A stretch of DNA of 64,000 bases from an uncultured Flavobacteriaceae bacterium (GCA_943788165.1 CALSPF010000002.1:384909-448908), one strand, 5' to 3'; positions 9,738 to 18,883 are shown, numbered from the stretch's first letter. The notes: generated by a model not told the origin, from the sequence alone. Made by a program: numbers and translations.

Positions 9738-10729
9738 TCCTCGTTAGCTGGAATAATTTTTACGTTCCTAATACACACATTAAAGGGATAGCGTTCAACA
9801 CCTTGACTATTCAGGGGAGTAGGGTATTTGGTGAAGGTTATACGAAAGTTTGGAATCAACGGCAAGGGGATAATCACCTGACGGAATTCGGTAACACTGT
9901 AACTGCTATCCGACCAAAGCTCACTTGGTTCAATGGTGAAACTTGCGCTCCCGCTTACAATGGGCGTATAGCCCAAGGCTATTTTCTTGTTTTCTACATT
10001 TGTACCCGGTAAGACTAAGAAATCCATTTTATACTCGAAGACAAGATTTTTTGGACTAGCACCAAAATTGGAAAACTGCTTTATCAACTGTGCTGGTTCT
10101 CCTTCATACACTTCATACGCTTTGTTGAATCCAATTAAGGCACCGTCACAGGCAGCAAATGTTTGTGTAGCGGTTGTAGCAGTGCTTAACCAACCTTGTT
10201 GTGGGTTTTGCCAGCCGTCAGTTGAACTGGGCTGTACCTGCAAGTCATCAACATATTCATAGCTAACAAAATCTCTCTTAACATTAACGTCAAAGTCTGT
10301 TGAGTTGGCTACTGCATGCGAAACATCATAGCGCCCAAAACCATCACGGTATTCAATTAAAACCGCCACTTGACTGGCTGTAGTTGGGTCATCTAAAAGG
10401 CCTTCAATTGTTGTTGTGCCACTAGCTGTGGTAGAAGAGCCAACATTGGTGTATCCTCCTTCAAATACCCACTTAAAAACATCAAAATTTTGTGCAGTGG
10501 TTTGATAGTAAACCCAAAAGGTCTCTGAACTCATATTACTTTCAGAAAAAGAAAATTTACTTTGTGAGGATAAAAAGGTTGCTGCAACTTCTCCGGAACG
10601 TCCGTTGGGGTCTTCCGTTGGGAGAATAAGTGCGTTTTCGTCGCGATCATTTGCAGTCTGAGGAACTAATTCTGGAACACAAGAAGTGCAGAGTATACAG
10701 ACAATAAATAAGGAGATTCCTAAGCGCAT
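9734..10729 (-). CDS. Hypothetical lipoprotein
   Basis: Signal/lipobox-like N-terminus MRLGISLFIVCILCTSC and a Ser/Thr-rich mature part. No recognisable domain. Its stop overlaps the convergent gene's stop. Confidence 0.6.
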   Translation of the reverse strand: MRLGISLFIVCILCTSCVPELVPQTANDRDENALILPTEDPNGRSGEVAATFLSSQSKFSFSESNMSSETFWVYYQTTAQNFDVFKWVFEGGYTNVGSSTTASGTTTIEGLLDDPTTASQVAVLIEYRDGFGRYDVSHAVANSTDFDVNVKRDFVSYEYVDDLQVQPSSTDGWQNPQQGWLSTATTATQTFAACDGALIGFNKAYEVYEGEPAQLIKQFSNFGASPKNLVFEYKMDFLVLPGTNVENKKIALGYTPIVSGSASFTIEPSELWSDSSYSVTEFRQVIIPLPLIPNFRITFTKYPTPLNSQGVERYPFNVCIRNVKIIPANED

Positions 10730-10847
10730 AATATAAAATAGTACCCAAAGATAGACAAAAACACGGTTGAATCAATTAATGGGATTACTTTAAGAGCCTT
10801 AAATAAAAGAAGAAAATGATAAACAGGGCTTCAAACACAAAAAAGGG

Positions 10848-10879
10848 TTTGTGTTATGAGTAAAAATTAAGTACATTTG
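10848..10879 (+). promoter_or_regulatory. Bacteroidetes-type promoter of rplU-rpmA
   Basis: TTTG at 10848-10851, then TAcaTTTG at 10872-10879 after a 20-nt spacer. This matches the -33 TTTG / -7 TAnnTTTG consensus. ATG at 10899. Confidence 0.55.
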
Positions 10880-10898
10880 CAATCCAAAATTCAATATA

Positions 10899-11450
10899 AT
10901 GTATGCAATCGTAGAGATAGCAGGGCAGCAATTTAAAGTTGTGAAAGATCAAAGAGTGTATGTTCACCGTTTAGCACAAGAAGAAGGAAGCAACGTTTCC
11001 TTTGAAAAAGTGTATCTTTTAGATGACGGTAAGAACGTTACTTTAGGCGCCCCAGCTATAACTGGCGCTTCGGTAGAAGCAAAAGTGGTGAAACACCTAA
11101 AAGGAGACAAGGTAATTGTTTTCAAAAAGAAAAGAAGAAAAGGATACCGTGTTAAAAACGGTCACCGTCAATCGTTAACTGAAATTCTTATCGAAGGAAT
11201 TTCTGCCAAAGGAGGAGCCAAGAAAGCGGCCCCTAAAGCAAAGGTAGAAGCAGCTCCTAAGAAAGCAGCAGCTTCAGAAAAAGCGGCAGCTCCCAAAAAG
11301 GCAGCAGCCGCTAAAAAAGCATCGCCAAAAGCACAAGAAGATTTAAGCGGAAAAACGGTAGCTGATTTAAGAGAATTAGCAAAAGCAAAAGGAATTACAG
11401 GTATTTCTTCCATGAAGAAAGCTGATTTAATTGCGGCTTTACAAGCATAA
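10899..11450 (+). CDS. rplU: 50S ribosomal protein L21 with an ~80-aa C-terminal extension
   Basis: MYAIVEIAGQQFKV... L21 core (~aa 1-102), followed by a Lys/Ala-rich tract and a terminal TVADLRELAKAKGITGISSMKKADLIAAL motif. Confidence 0.95.
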   Translation: MYAIVEIAGQQFKVVKDQRVYVHRLAQEEGSNVSFEKVYLLDDGKNVTLGAPAITGASVEAKVVKHLKGDKVIVFKKKRRKGYRVKNGHRQSLTEILIEGISAKGGAKKAAPKAKVEAAPKKAAASEKAAAPKKAAAAKKASPKAQEDLSGKTVADLRELAKAKGITGISSMKKADLIAALQA

Positions 11451-11469
11451 CTATTTAAAATAAACGACC

Positions 11470-11730
11470 ATGGCACATAAAAAAGGAGTAGGTAGTTCAA
11501 AAAACGGTAGAGAATCGGAATCGAAACGACTTGGCGTCAAAATTTTTGGAGGACAAGCAGCTCGCGCTGGGAACATCATCGTTCGTCAACGTGGAACAGC
11601 TCACAATCCAGGAGAAAATGTTTACATTGGGAAAGACCATACTTTACATGCTAAAGTAGATGGCCTTGTTCAATTTGCAAAAAAGAAGGACAACAAATCA
11701 TTTGTATCGATTGTTCCATTTGAAGCATAG
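11470..11730 (+). CDS. rpmA: 50S ribosomal protein L27
   Basis: [24 protein letters not shown]... canonical L27. Confidence 0.97.
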   Translation: MAHKKGVGSSKNGRESESKRLGVKIFGGQAARAGNIIVRQRGTAHNPGENVYIGKDHTLHAKVDGLVQFAKKKDNKSFVSIVPFEA

Positions 11731-11748
11731 GACGTTTTCATTACGTAT

Positions 11749-11779
11749 AAAAAAACCCGCTCATCGAGTGGGTTTTTTT
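11749..11779. terminator. Bidirectional intrinsic terminator (rpmA and the convergent hydrolase gene)
   Basis: A-run, 7-bp stem CCCGCTC/GAGTGGG (one G:U pair) with loop ATC, then a T7 run. Confidence 0.7.
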
Positions 11780-11797
11780 ATGGATTAAAAGGAGCTT

Positions 11798-13003
11798 TTA
11801 TTTTTCCAAGGCATCATATACATGTCGATTTAGCGCAATTACATATTCATTTGTATTGGGCAATTTTTGGGTCATAAAAATAGCAATCAAGTCTTCGGCT
11901 GGATCAATAAAAAAATGCGTTTTAAAAAATCCTCCCCAGTAAATTTGCCCATTACTAGCAGGGCTTGGATCCTTTTCTGTGTCTACAAGTACACCAAAAC
12001 CCAATCCAAATCCACGGGATGGCCCCAGTAATTTACCCACATGGTTTTCCTGCATTAAGGCCACCGTTGCGGGCTGCATAACTTGTTTTCCGTTGAGTTC
12101 CCCTTCATTCAAAATCATTTTACAAAACTGTAAATAATCATTCATGGAGGAAAACAATCCATAGGTGCCGCCATAAACCGTATTTCCTTGCGAAGGTGCT
12201 TGAACAGGACTAGTGATCAGTTCACCTTCTTCATTTTTAAGGTGCACCTTCATGACGCGTTTTGTTCTTTCTTCAATCAAGTTATAGCCTGTTTCATTCA
12301 TTCCCAAAGGCGTAAAAATATGTTCTTTTAAATAAGTATTGATTGGCTGGCCAGACACTTTTTGTACAATCAACGCCAATACATCAGTAGCGGCGCTATA
12401 ATACCATTGTTTACCCGGTTGTCCGATAAGGGGAACCTGTAATAAGACGGCAAGACGATCTTCCAGTTTTTCATAGATCGCAGGATCAAACAAATCGTTG
12501 TACATCAGTTTAAACAATTCTTTGTCAAATACATTTTCTTCCAATCCGTGTGAAAGTCCAGATGTATGGGTCAGTAAGTGCTGAATGGTAATGCTTTTCT
12601 CTTTTTTGGATGTAGGGCCATTTATTCCTGTTGAAAGGTCATTAATGACTTCTAAGTTCTTTAAACTGGGGAGATAGGTTGAAGCATTTTCGTCTAAACG
12701 AATGCGGCCTTGTTCGACCAATTGCATAATGGCCACACTCATGATCGGTTTAGTCATGGACTGCAAGAAGTAGATGCTGTTTTTGGTAAGAGGAGTTTGG
12801 GTGCTTAAATCATTATATCCAAGGCTTGTTCTCCACGCAATTTTATTTCGGTGATAGACCAAGGCTTCGGCGCCTGCAATTTGGCCATCGGTTATTTCTT
12901 TTTTCAAGAACTGTTCAAAGGCAGCGAGTTTATCAAGATTGAGATGATCTTGTGCTACTACAATTTGGAGTCCTAAGACAAGGAGTAAAAATAAAATACG
13001 CAT
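11798..13003 (-). CDS. Serine hydrolase of the beta-lactamase/PBP family
   Basis: Signal peptide and S-x-x-K motif (QSMTKP). About 400 aa, class C/esterase-like. Confidence 0.8.
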   Translation of the reverse strand: MRILFLLLVLGLQIVVAQDHLNLDKLAAFEQFLKKEITDGQIAGAEALVYHRNKIAWRTSLGYNDLSTQTPLTKNSIYFLQSMTKPIMSVAIMQLVEQGRIRLDENASTYLPSLKNLEVINDLSTGINGPTSKKEKSITIQHLLTHTSGLSHGLEENVFDKELFKLMYNDLFDPAIYEKLEDRLAVLLQVPLIGQPGKQWYYSAATDVLALIVQKVSGQPINTYLKEHIFTPLGMNETGYNLIEERTKRVMKVHLKNEEGELITSPVQAPSQGNTVYGGTYGLFSSMNDYLQFCKMILNEGELNGKQVMQPATVALMQENHVGKLLGPSRGFGLGFGVLVDTEKDPSPASNGQIYWGGFFKTHFFIDPAEDLIAIFMTQKLPNTNEYVIALNRHVYDALEK

Positions 13004-13030
13004 GAATGTTTTTTTTGTAAGATAAGAAAT

Positions 13031-13060
13031 AAAAAAAGCCGAGTTTTCACTCGGCTTTTA
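13031..13060 (-). terminator. Intrinsic terminator downstream of ahcY
   Basis: 8-bp stem AGCCGAGT/ACTCGGCT with loop TTTC. On the minus strand it is followed by T7. Confidence 0.75.
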
Positions 13061-13080
13061 AATGGTCAATAGAATGCGCT

Positions 13081-14400
13081 TTAGTAACGGTAGTATTCCG
13101 GTTTATATGGGCCTTCAACACCTACCCCGATATAATCGGCTTGGTCTTTGGAGAGCTCTTCCAATTCTACACCAAGGTGAGAAAGGTGAAGTGCAGCTAC
13201 TTTTTCGTCAAGGTGTTTGGGTAACATATAAACCTCGTTTCCGTATTTCTCAGGACTCGTCCACAATTCAATTTGTGCAAGGGTTTGGTTGGTGAATGAA
13301 TTACTCATCACAAAACTTGGATGCCCAGTGGCGCAGCCCAAGTTCACCAAGCGTCCTTCGGCTAAAATGATCAATTCTTTTTCGTCTTCCAGTGTATATT
13401 TATCTACTTGTGGCTTAATTTCAACTTTGGTGGCACCATAGGTATCATTCAACCAAGCCATGTCAATTTCATTGTCAAAGTGGCCAATATTGGCGACAAT
13501 GGCTTTGTCTTTCATCTGCAAGAAATGTTCTCCAGTCAGAATGTTTTTATTTCCGGTGGCGGTAATCACAAGATCCATATTGGCAATAACACTGTTGATG
13601 CGTTTAACCTCGTAACCGTCCATGGCAGCTTGTAGCGCACAGATTGGGTCAATTTCGGCAACAGTAACAATGGCACCCACTCCACTAAAAGAAGCAGCTG
13701 TTCCTTTTCCAACATCACCATAGCCAGCAACCAAGACACGTTTTCCTGCCAACATCACGTCGGTAGCACGACGAATGGCATCCACTGCACTTTCTCTACA
13801 GCCATATTTGTTGTCAAACTTTGATTTGGTTACAGAGTCGTTTACATTGATCGCCGGTATTGGGAGTGTCCCATTGCTCATGCGCTCGTATAAACGGTGA
13901 ACACCGGTGGTTGTTTCTTCAGAAAGTCCATTGATGTTTTCCACTAACTCTGGGAAACGATCGAGCACCATATTGGTTAAATCTCCTCCATCGTCGAGGA
14001 TCATATTGAGGGGTTCGCGCTTTTCGCCAAAGAAAAGTGTTTGTTCGATACACCAGTCAAATTCTTCTTCATTCATCCCTTTCCATGCATAAATAGGGAT
14101 ACCGGCAGCAGCGATAGCGGCGGCAGCATGGTCTTGGGTAGAAAAAATATTACAGGAACTCCAGGTAACATCGGCACCAAGGGCAACCAAGGTTTCAATG
14201 AGTACAGCAGTTTGGATGGTCATGTGCAAGCAGCCTGCGATTCGCGCACCTGCCAAGGGTTGCTCTTCCGCATACTCTTCACGTAGCGACATTAAACCGG
14301 GCATTTCAGCTTCGGCCAATTCAATTTCTTTTCGCCCCCAATCAGCAAGACTGATGTCTTTTACTTTATAGGGTAGGGCAGCGGTTTTATCTTTCATCAT
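13081..14400 (-). CDS. ahcY: Adenosylhomocysteinase
   Basis: [29 protein letters not shown]-terminus, NAD motif [11 protein letters not shown]-terminal ...KPEYYRY. I moved the start to MMKDK (14400); the ORF track gives 14475. Confidence 0.95.
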   Translation of the reverse strand: MMKDKTAALPYKVKDISLADWGRKEIELAEAEMPGLMSLREEYAEEQPLAGARIAGCLHMTIQTAVLIETLVALGADVTWSSCNIFSTQDHAAAAIAAAGIPIYAWKGMNEEEFDWCIEQTLFFGEKREPLNMILDDGGDLTNMVLDRFPELVENINGLSEETTTGVHRLYERMSNGTLPIPAINVNDSVTKSKFDNKYGCRESAVDAIRRATDVMLAGKRVLVAGYGDVGKGTAASFSGVGAIVTVAEIDPICALQAAMDGYEVKRINSVIANMDLVITATGNKNILTGEHFLQMKDKAIVANIGHFDNEIDMAWLNDTYGATKVEIKPQVDKYTLEDEKELIILAEGRLVNLGCATGHPSFVMSNSFTNQTLAQIELWTSPEKYGNEVYMLPKHLDEKVAALHLSHLGVELEELSKDQADYIGVGVEGPYKPEYYRY

Positions 14401-14418
14401 AGGTTTGTTAACTTTACA

Positions 14419-14426
14419 GCAAAAAT
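14419..14426 (-). promoter_or_regulatory. -7 box (TAttTTTG) for ahcY
   Basis: Plus strand caaaaata is TATTTTTG on the minus strand, about 18 nt upstream of the proposed ATG. Confidence 0.4.
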
Positions 14427-14449
14427 ACATACTTTCTTTCGAAAAGCCT

Positions 14450-15082
14450 ATGCCATTAATCAATGATTTTTTCACGCCTACATCCTGTCAATTAGCTGTT
14501 TGGCATATAGATGAATCCATTAATAAGTTGGAGTGTTTCAGATCACTAAGCATTCCACAAAGCGAAGAACTTTTACAGCGTAAAACGGATGGGGCAAAGA
14601 AAGGGTTCATTGCTGTGCGCATGGCTCTTGAAAGTTTGGGAATCTCACTCCATGATCTTACCATTAACGCAAAGGGCGAGCCCCAACTTTCCAATGCTTT
14701 TTGTTCGCTTTCTCATTGCCAGGAGTATGCGGTAGCCGTTGTGGGCGACGCACCCCTTGGGGTCGATGTCGAAAGTTACCGTGAACAGATTGTTCGAGTT
14801 GCCCCAAAATTTGTCCATGTCAATGAGCAATCTTCAATTCTAGCAGAAGAGGAAATCCCGCTCTTAACCCGTTTATGGACCGCCAAGGAAGCTGTGTATA
14901 AGGCCATGCACCATCCAGGTCTTAGCTTTGCTACCCAAATTGAAGTAGCTCCTTTCACGCTTTCGGATACAAGCGGTAGTGCAACGGTTTATTTGGTAGA
15001 GCAACAGCTTTTCTTTTCCTTACAATTCAGTACTTTTAACGATCACCAGCTTTGCCTAGCACAATTAACTCCAAACCAATGA
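14450..15082 (+). CDS. 4'-phosphopantetheinyl transferase
   Basis: GVDVES and [10 protein letters not shown] motifs of the PPTase superfamily. I moved the start to ATG 14450. Confidence 0.8.
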   Translation: MPLINDFFTPTSCQLAVWHIDESINKLECFRSLSIPQSEELLQRKTDGAKKGFIAVRMALESLGISLHDLTINAKGEPQLSNAFCSLSHCQEYAVAVVGDAPLGVDVESYREQIVRVAPKFVHVNEQSSILAEEEIPLLTRLWTAKEAVYKAMHHPGLSFATQIEVAPFTLSDTSGSATVYLVEQQLFFSLQFSTFNDHQLCLAQLTPNQ

Positions 15083-15340
15083 ATGTATCCATTGAAATAA
15101 CCCTTGCTCCTCTACAAGAAAAACTACGAGGAACCCATTAAGGTATTCATCCGAACGCTTCGCAATTCGAACTTTGTGGTTCAAGAAAACCCACTGAGCA
15201 CACAGGTCTATGGGGAACTTAAACCCTTAATGATTTTTTTGACCTCCGCTATAGAGGCAAGTTTTGATTCACTTGCCGCAGGGATGATTCATTTGAAAAT
15301 TGTCAAAAGCAACCGCAGCGATTATGTCCCCTTTAATTGA
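15079..15340 (+). pseudogene. MTH1187/YkoF-like (DUF77, thiamine-binding family) gene, frameshifted
   Basis: ATG 15079 overlaps the PPTase stop (ATGA) and encodes [15 protein letters not shown]..., ending at a stop at 15139-15141. The rest of the protein (NYEEPIKVFIRTLR...KIVKSNRSDYVPFN) is in the +1 frame (ORF 15104..15340). The junction is the A5 run at 15119-15123. Confidence 0.6.
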
Positions 15341-15938
15341 TTTCTTCTTTGGTCAATACAGCACCTATGCTCCTTTGGATATTGCAATTGAGATCACGGC
15401 TGTTTTACTTGGATTAGCCAGTGTCTTGTATGCCAAACAAAACAAGGTTGCGGTTTATCCAACCGGCATGATTTCTACCGCTCTCTATGTGTATCTTTTG
15501 TTGAAATGGGGCCTGATAGGGGATATGTTGATCAATGCCTATTACTTCATCATGAGCATCTACGGCTGGTATTTTTGGATACAAAAAAGGGAAGGAGAAA
15601 CCCTCCATCCAATCTCGCGTATCACGCGCAGGGAATTAGCCCTTGGTGTGTTTCTTTTCCTCCTCAGCCTTGGTTTTGTCTATAAGATTTATCAGTTGTT
15701 TGCCTTATGGAACGGTTGGACGGCCTATGTGGATACCTTTACCACCGCCATCTTTTTTGTAGGCATGTGGCTGATGTCAAGAAGAAAGATTGAACATTGG
15801 TTGTTTTGGATTGTTGGGGACATTATTTCGGTTCCCTTGTATTTCCACAAAGGCTTGACCTTGACCAGTCTTCAGTACATTATTTTTACGCTAATAGCCT
15901 TCTATGGCTATCGTTCATGGAAAAAAGCACTCAATTGA
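15324..15938 (+). CDS. pnuC: PnuC-family transporter (nicotinamide riboside type; PnuT-like thiamine specificity not excluded)
   Basis: Polytopic membrane protein with WGLIGDMLINAYYFIMSIYGWYFW, typical of Pnu transporters. Start taken at MSPLIDFF. It overlaps the DUF77 end. Confidence 0.8.
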   Translation: MSPLIDFFFGQYSTYAPLDIAIEITAVLLGLASVLYAKQNKVAVYPTGMISTALYVYLLLKWGLIGDMLINAYYFIMSIYGWYFWIQKREGETLHPISRITRRELALGVFLFLLSLGFVYKIYQLFALWNGWTAYVDTFTTAIFFVGMWLMSRRKIEHWLFWIVGDIISVPLYFHKGLTLTSLQYIIFTLIAFYGYRSWKKALN

Positions 15939-16489
15939 AAGCTGACAATGGTTTAAAAATTGTCGTGTACGGCCCAGAAAGCACCGGTAAAACGACCTTG
16001 ACCAAAGCCCTGGCCAAACATTATCAATCCGAATGGGTGCCCGAATTTGCCCGTACTTTTTTACAGGAAAAATGGGACAGACAGCAAGAAGTTTGCTCTT
16101 TGGAGGATTTAATTACCATTGCCCATGGTCAATTGAAGGAAGAGCAAAGGGTCGCACAAAAAACAAACGATCTCTTGTTTTGTGACACCAATATCTTGGT
16201 TACTAAGGTATGGTCAGAAACACATTTCGAGGGCTATTGTGCGCCAGAAATAGAAGCTCTTTTTAAAAAAGCTGAGGTTGACCTCTATCTGCTCACCAAC
16301 ATTGATGTGCCTTGGGAAAAAGATGATTTGCGCGATCGACCAGAAAACCGTGCACAAATGTTCGCCTATTTCAAGCAGCAATTGGACCAGTATAAACTTC
16401 CCTATTGTATTCTTGAAGGGAACGAACAAAAACGACTGCAAAAAGCCATTGAAGTGGTCGATGAATTACGAAAAAATAGTCGCACTTAA
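15917..16489 (+). CDS. P-loop kinase, NadR C-terminal (ribosylnicotinamide kinase)-like
   Basis: Walker A GPESTGKTT and general resemblance to the NadR NRK domain. Start MEKSTQ overlaps the pnuC end by 22 nt. Confidence 0.7.
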   Translation: MEKSTQLKADNGLKIVVYGPESTGKTTLTKALAKHYQSEWVPEFARTFLQEKWDRQQEVCSLEDLITIAHGQLKEEQRVAQKTNDLLFCDTNILVTKVWSETHFEGYCAPEIEALFKKAEVDLYLLTNIDVPWEKDDLRDRPENRAQMFAYFKQQLDQYKLPYCILEGNEQKRLQKAIEVVDELRKNSRT

Positions 16490-16526
16490 AATGGCGAAGG
16501 AAACTTGCCGAAAGTCAAATTATACG

Positions 16527-16618
16527 TACTTTTGCGCATGCTCAAAAGGGGTGCTCTAAATAAAGAGCTGAGATCATACCCTATGAACCTGGGCGGGTAA
16601 TGCCGCCAAGGGAAGTAG
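16527..16618 (+). promoter_or_regulatory. TPP (THI-box) riboswitch
   Basis: GGGGUGC (16548-54), P3 helix GCUCU/AGAGC, CUGAGA (16568-73), ACCC, UGAACCUG (16584-91), GGGCGG-GUAAU-GCCGCC, AGGGAA (16609-14). It lies 60 nt upstream of the receptor ATG. Confidence 0.85.
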
Positions 16619-16677
16619 ATTGTTTATTTATTTTATCAACCAGAATAGTTACCCCATTATTCGTAAAACAAGTTCGA

Positions 16678-18867
16678 ATGAGAATAACTGTTTTTATCTG
16701 TAGTTGTGCCCTTGGATTAACATCCATTAACGCACAAGAGCAACAAGCGAAAGATTCGCTTGCTACCACAACCATTTCACTAGAAGAGGTGAGTGTAGCT
16801 GGACTCCGTGCCAGGAAAGATCAACCGTTAAGTTTTTCTGAAGTAACCAAGGAAGACTTAAAGGCCCGTAATTTAGGGCAAGACTTGCCCATTTTATTGA
16901 ATTTCCTTCCTTCAGTGGTCACGACCTCAGACGCCGGAGCAGGAATTGGCTACACCGGGATACGCGTTCGTGGAAGCGACGCTACACGGGTCAACGTAAC
17001 CATTAACGGAATTCCCTACAACGATGCAGAATCACAAGGAACCTTTTGGGTGAATATGCCTGATTTTGCCTCTTCTGTGGAGAGCATTCAATTGCAACGC
17101 GGGGTGGGAACCTCTACCAATGGTTCCAGTGCTTTCGGGGCAAGTTTAAATGTATTGACCAATGCAGCTTCGCAAGAGGCTTTCGCACAAATTTATAATT
17201 CAATCGGTAGCTTTGGAACGCTTCGACACAGCCTTAAGTTTTCTACAGGTTTGCTCAATGACAAAATCGAAATTGCGGGTCGTTTGGGATCCATTGCATC
17301 AAATGGATACATTGATCGTGCATCCTCTGACTTAAAATCCTATTTCTTACAAGGGGTGTACCAAGAGGGGAATACGCTCATCAAAGCCTTGGTTTTTGGA
17401 GGGCATGAAATCACCTACCAATCGTGGTTTGGGGTTGATCCATACACCCTAGAAAATGACCGCACCTATAATTTTGCAGGAGAAATCTATGACGATAATG
17501 GTAACCTTAACGGGTATTATGACAATCAAGTAGACAACTACAAACAAGACCATTATCAATTGCATTGGAATCAGCGCTATGAGAATAATTGGTCTTCTTC
17601 TGTAGGTTTAAATTATACCTACGGACGTGGGTTTTATCAGGAGTATGAAAATAGTCTCAGTTTATCCGATTTGAGATTGGATGGCATAAGTTTAGGGAGT
17701 ACAAGCATTGGCACAACAGCTGGTGTCATTCAAAAGTGGTTGAACAACGACTTTTATGTGTTAACGACCAATCTTCATTATGAAGGAGAACAAAACGATT
17801 TGGTTTTTGGCACGTTGATAAGCAATTACCAAGGCGATCATTTTGGGAATTTGGTTTGGGCCCGCTATGCGAGCAATGCGCAACCCAAGCATGAATTTTA
17901 CCGCAATAAAGGAGAGAAGAAAGAATTTTCTCTTTTCGGAAAAATCACCCATCAACTAAACGATTCTTTTACAGCTTATGCCAACCTTCAATACCGCCGA
18001 GTAGATTACACTGCACTGGGAAGCCTCAACGAATTAGGGAGTATCGATATCGCAGATGACTTTAACTTTTTCAACCCTAAGCTAGGACTTACGTTCCATG
18101 CAGACGAAAACACCCAAGTATACGCCTCTTATGCCAAGGCACAGCGCGAGCCCAATCGTTCAGACTACGAAAACGGTAGCCCGCGTCCCGAGCTACTCAA
18201 CGATTTTGAACTTGGCTATCGTTCTGCTGGCAAAGGCCTAAAGTGGAGTGCCAACCTGTATTTTATGGGCTATAAAGACCAATTGGTATTGACCGGAGAA
18301 TTAGATAATGTGGGCGCACCCGTCCGTCAAAATGTGGGAGACAGCAACCGTTTGGGGCTTGAAATTGAGGGATCAATCGCCCTGACTAATCAATTGCTGT
18401 GGCAATCCAACCTTAGTTTGAGTCGAAACAAAAACCGCGATTTTAAGTTTCAGCGCGACGGACAGGTACAAAATTTAGGCGATACCAACATATCGTATTC
18501 CCCATCCATCATTGGAGGAAGCAACATAGTGTATGCTCCATCAACCCAATTTCAAATTGGATTCTTATCGAAATATGTAGGGGAACAATACCTCGGAAAT
18601 ATCGATGCAGATCTATCCAAGTTAGACGCCTATTTTATAAACGACATCAACATTCGGTATGCCATTGGCCCATTGGGCTGGGTAAAAGCCATTGATTTCT
18701 CTTTATTGGTCAACAATGTGTTCAATAAACTCGTAGAGACCAACGGCTATTTTTTCACCTATGATGATACTTGGTCAACTCCTAACCAAATCACAACCAT
18801 TGAAGGCGTGGGCTATTACCCGCAGGCAGGCACCAACTTTTTATTGGGAGCGAGCTTTAGGTTTTAA
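16678..18867 (+). CDS. TonB-dependent outer-membrane receptor (TPP-riboswitch controlled; thiamine/precursor uptake inferred)
   Basis: Signal peptide MRITVFICSCALGLTSINAQE, plug motif GIRVRGSDATRVNVTINGIPYND, terminal ...SFRF. I moved the start to ATG 16678 because track start 16600 lies inside the riboswitch. Confidence 0.9.
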   Translation: MRITVFICSCALGLTSINAQEQQAKDSLATTTISLEEVSVAGLRARKDQPLSFSEVTKEDLKARNLGQDLPILLNFLPSVVTTSDAGAGIGYTGIRVRGSDATRVNVTINGIPYNDAESQGTFWVNMPDFASSVESIQLQRGVGTSTNGSSAFGASLNVLTNAASQEAFAQIYNSIGSFGTLRHSLKFSTGLLNDKIEIAGRLGSIASNGYIDRASSDLKSYFLQGVYQEGNTLIKALVFGGHEITYQSWFGVDPYTLENDRTYNFAGEIYDDNGNLNGYYDNQVDNYKQDHYQLHWNQRYENNWSSSVGLNYTYGRGFYQEYENSLSLSDLRLDGISLGSTSIGTTAGVIQKWLNNDFYVLTTNLHYEGEQNDLVFGTLISNYQGDHFGNLVWARYASNAQPKHEFYRNKGEKKEFSLFGKITHQLNDSFTAYANLQYRRVDYTALGSLNELGSIDIADDFNFFNPKLGLTFHADENTQVYASYAKAQREPNRSDYENGSPRPELLNDFELGYRSAGKGLKWSANLYFMGYKDQLVLTGELDNVGAPVRQNVGDSNRLGLEIEGSIALTNQLLWQSNLSLSRNKNRDFKFQRDGQVQNLGDTNISYSPSIIGGSNIVYAPSTQFQIGFLSKYVGEQYLGNIDADLSKLDAYFINDINIRYAIGPLGWVKAIDFSLLVNNVFNKLVETNGYFFTYDDTWSTPNQITTIEGVGYYPQAGTNFLLGASFRF

Positions 18868-18883
18868 GTAAAAATTTTTTAAC

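Noticed and set aside
14401-14449. SAH riboswitch upstream of ahcY
   Set aside because: Only ~49 nt separate ahcY from the divergent PPTase gene, and a -7 box lies ~18 nt from the ATG. There is no room for an SAH aptamer, and no aptamer-like sequence is seen.
15112-15130. Programmed +1 ribosomal frameshift in the DUF77 gene
   Set aside because: There is no known +1 slippery/stall context (such as a rare or stop codon with an upstream SD-like stimulator). A homopolymer indel (sequencing error or mutation) is the simpler explanation.
16600-16677. ORF-track start (16600) of the TonB-dependent receptor
   Set aside because: That start lies inside the TPP aptamer and precedes the signal peptide by 26 residues. 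ATG 16678, followed by a typical signal sequence, is preferred.
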